A stretch of DNA of 64,000 nt from Sminthopsis crassicaudata (lineage: Eukaryota). Both the position numbers and the translations under genes were made by a program. Below the pieces are notes generated by a model that was given only the letters and a program-made list of their open reading frames with translations, did not search any database and had not been told where the DNA came from. The DNA is taken from contig NC_133617.1 of assembly GCF_048593235.1 (NCBI RefSeq), forward strand, positions 530,018,958 through 530,082,957, written 5' to 3'. Below, piece by piece: positions 63,151 to 64,000 of this stretch; the first letter of the stretch is position 1; every line of letters starts with the position of its first letter.

Positions 63151-63434
63151 GAAAAAGCTATGTTAAATAGCAGTGTGGTATAGTAGAAATGGAACTGCCT
63201 TCAGATCCAAAATTTGAGTCCTAAATTCAAGTTTCACCTTTGGCACATAACGACTGACAAATCAATGGCTGGGCAAATCAATTAAATCTCTCCCAGGGAT
63301 CTAGGAAACTCTCTAAGATTATAAACTGCAGAGAAGATAATCTATACTACTAGAGGGAATTTCCTCATCTGGGAGTTTCCTACACTATAGGTCTAATCTC
63401 TATTCCTATATTAAAAAATCAGAAGAGATAAACC

Positions 63435-63670
63435 CAGTTTCTGTTCAGACATTTCAGCCATGTCCAATTCTTTGTAATCCCACTTGGGTGTATTCTTGCC
63501 AAAGATAGTGGAGTGATTTACCATTTTCTTCTCCAGTTCATTTTATAGATGAGGAAAATAAGGCAAACAGGATTAAGTGACCTGTTCAGTCACCTAGCTA
63601 GCAAGTTTCTGAGTAAAAGATTATTCTTCCTGACTCTAGGCTTGGCACTCTATTCACTGTTATTTAACTG
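63435..63670 (-). mobile_element. Mar1-like CORE-SINE
   Basis: ttcttgccaaagatagtggagtgatttaccattttcttctccag...ttggcactctattcactg. Confidence 0.75.
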
Positions 63671-64000
63671 TCCCTGGTAAATGCAGATTATAATAAATTC
63701 CTTCCTTTCCTTCCTCCCCCCCCCTCTTCCCTTCCTTCATTCTTTATCTCCCTTCCATCTTTCCTTCCTCCCTCTCTCCCATCTTTCCTGCTTCATCCAC
63801 TCTTTTCAGTAATGTTAGGAAAAGAGATTAGATCACTTCAATTGTTTCTGGCTCTAAGATTCTAGTCCCAAATTGGCCATTTAGAAACTCACTTATTCTT
63901 TCTGAGACTCGGTTTTCTTATTAATAAATTAAAATAACAATATTCACCCTGCCAACCTCAGAAAGATATTGTGAGAGGCAAATGATATAAAGTGTGAAAG

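Noticed and set aside
1-64000. tRNA, rRNA, CRISPR, NUMT or endogenous viral element
   Set aside because: None recognised. tRNA-like A/B-box motifs all belong to SINE heads, and no ORF in unique sequence resembled a viral or mitochondrial protein by eye. A tBLASTn search would be needed to exclude decayed remnants.

Overview
AT-rich, CpG-poor marsupial genomic DNA. WSINE1-type and Mar1-type SINEs and the young L1 3' ends point to a dasyurid, possibly Tasmanian devil; the species is an inference. The window lies inside one gene on the minus strand, EPB41L4B (band 4.1-like 4B / EHM2 / Lulu2), which extends beyond both edges. I could trace 11 coding exons with GT-AG boundaries and consistent phases. 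Eight are shared exons (59345-59432 down to 43426-43490) encoding the end of the FERM domain, the FERM-adjacent region and a linker. One is an alternative terminal exon for the short isoform (41897-42050, ending ...KLMTAL*) with a 3'UTR of up to ~1.9 kb. Two are long-isoform exons ~32 kb further on (10747-10997 with a His/Gln repeat, and 7792-7910). The rest is intron filled with CORE-SINEs, L1 3' ends, L1/HAL1 ORF1 remnants, L2, CR1/L3, RTE-related pieces, hAT MITEs, microsatellites and one 172-N gap. Almost all ORFs in the supplied track are spurious. I found no new multi-gene system. The best leads concern splicing: an in-frame 21-nt microexon candidate, a bipartite QKI-type element on the branch point of the short-isoform last exon, a shifted splice donor, an expanded (HQ)n coding repeat, and a 97%-identical inverted L1 pair. 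Comparisons to human and mouse are from memory, and repeat family names and boundaries are approximate; all need checking by alignment.
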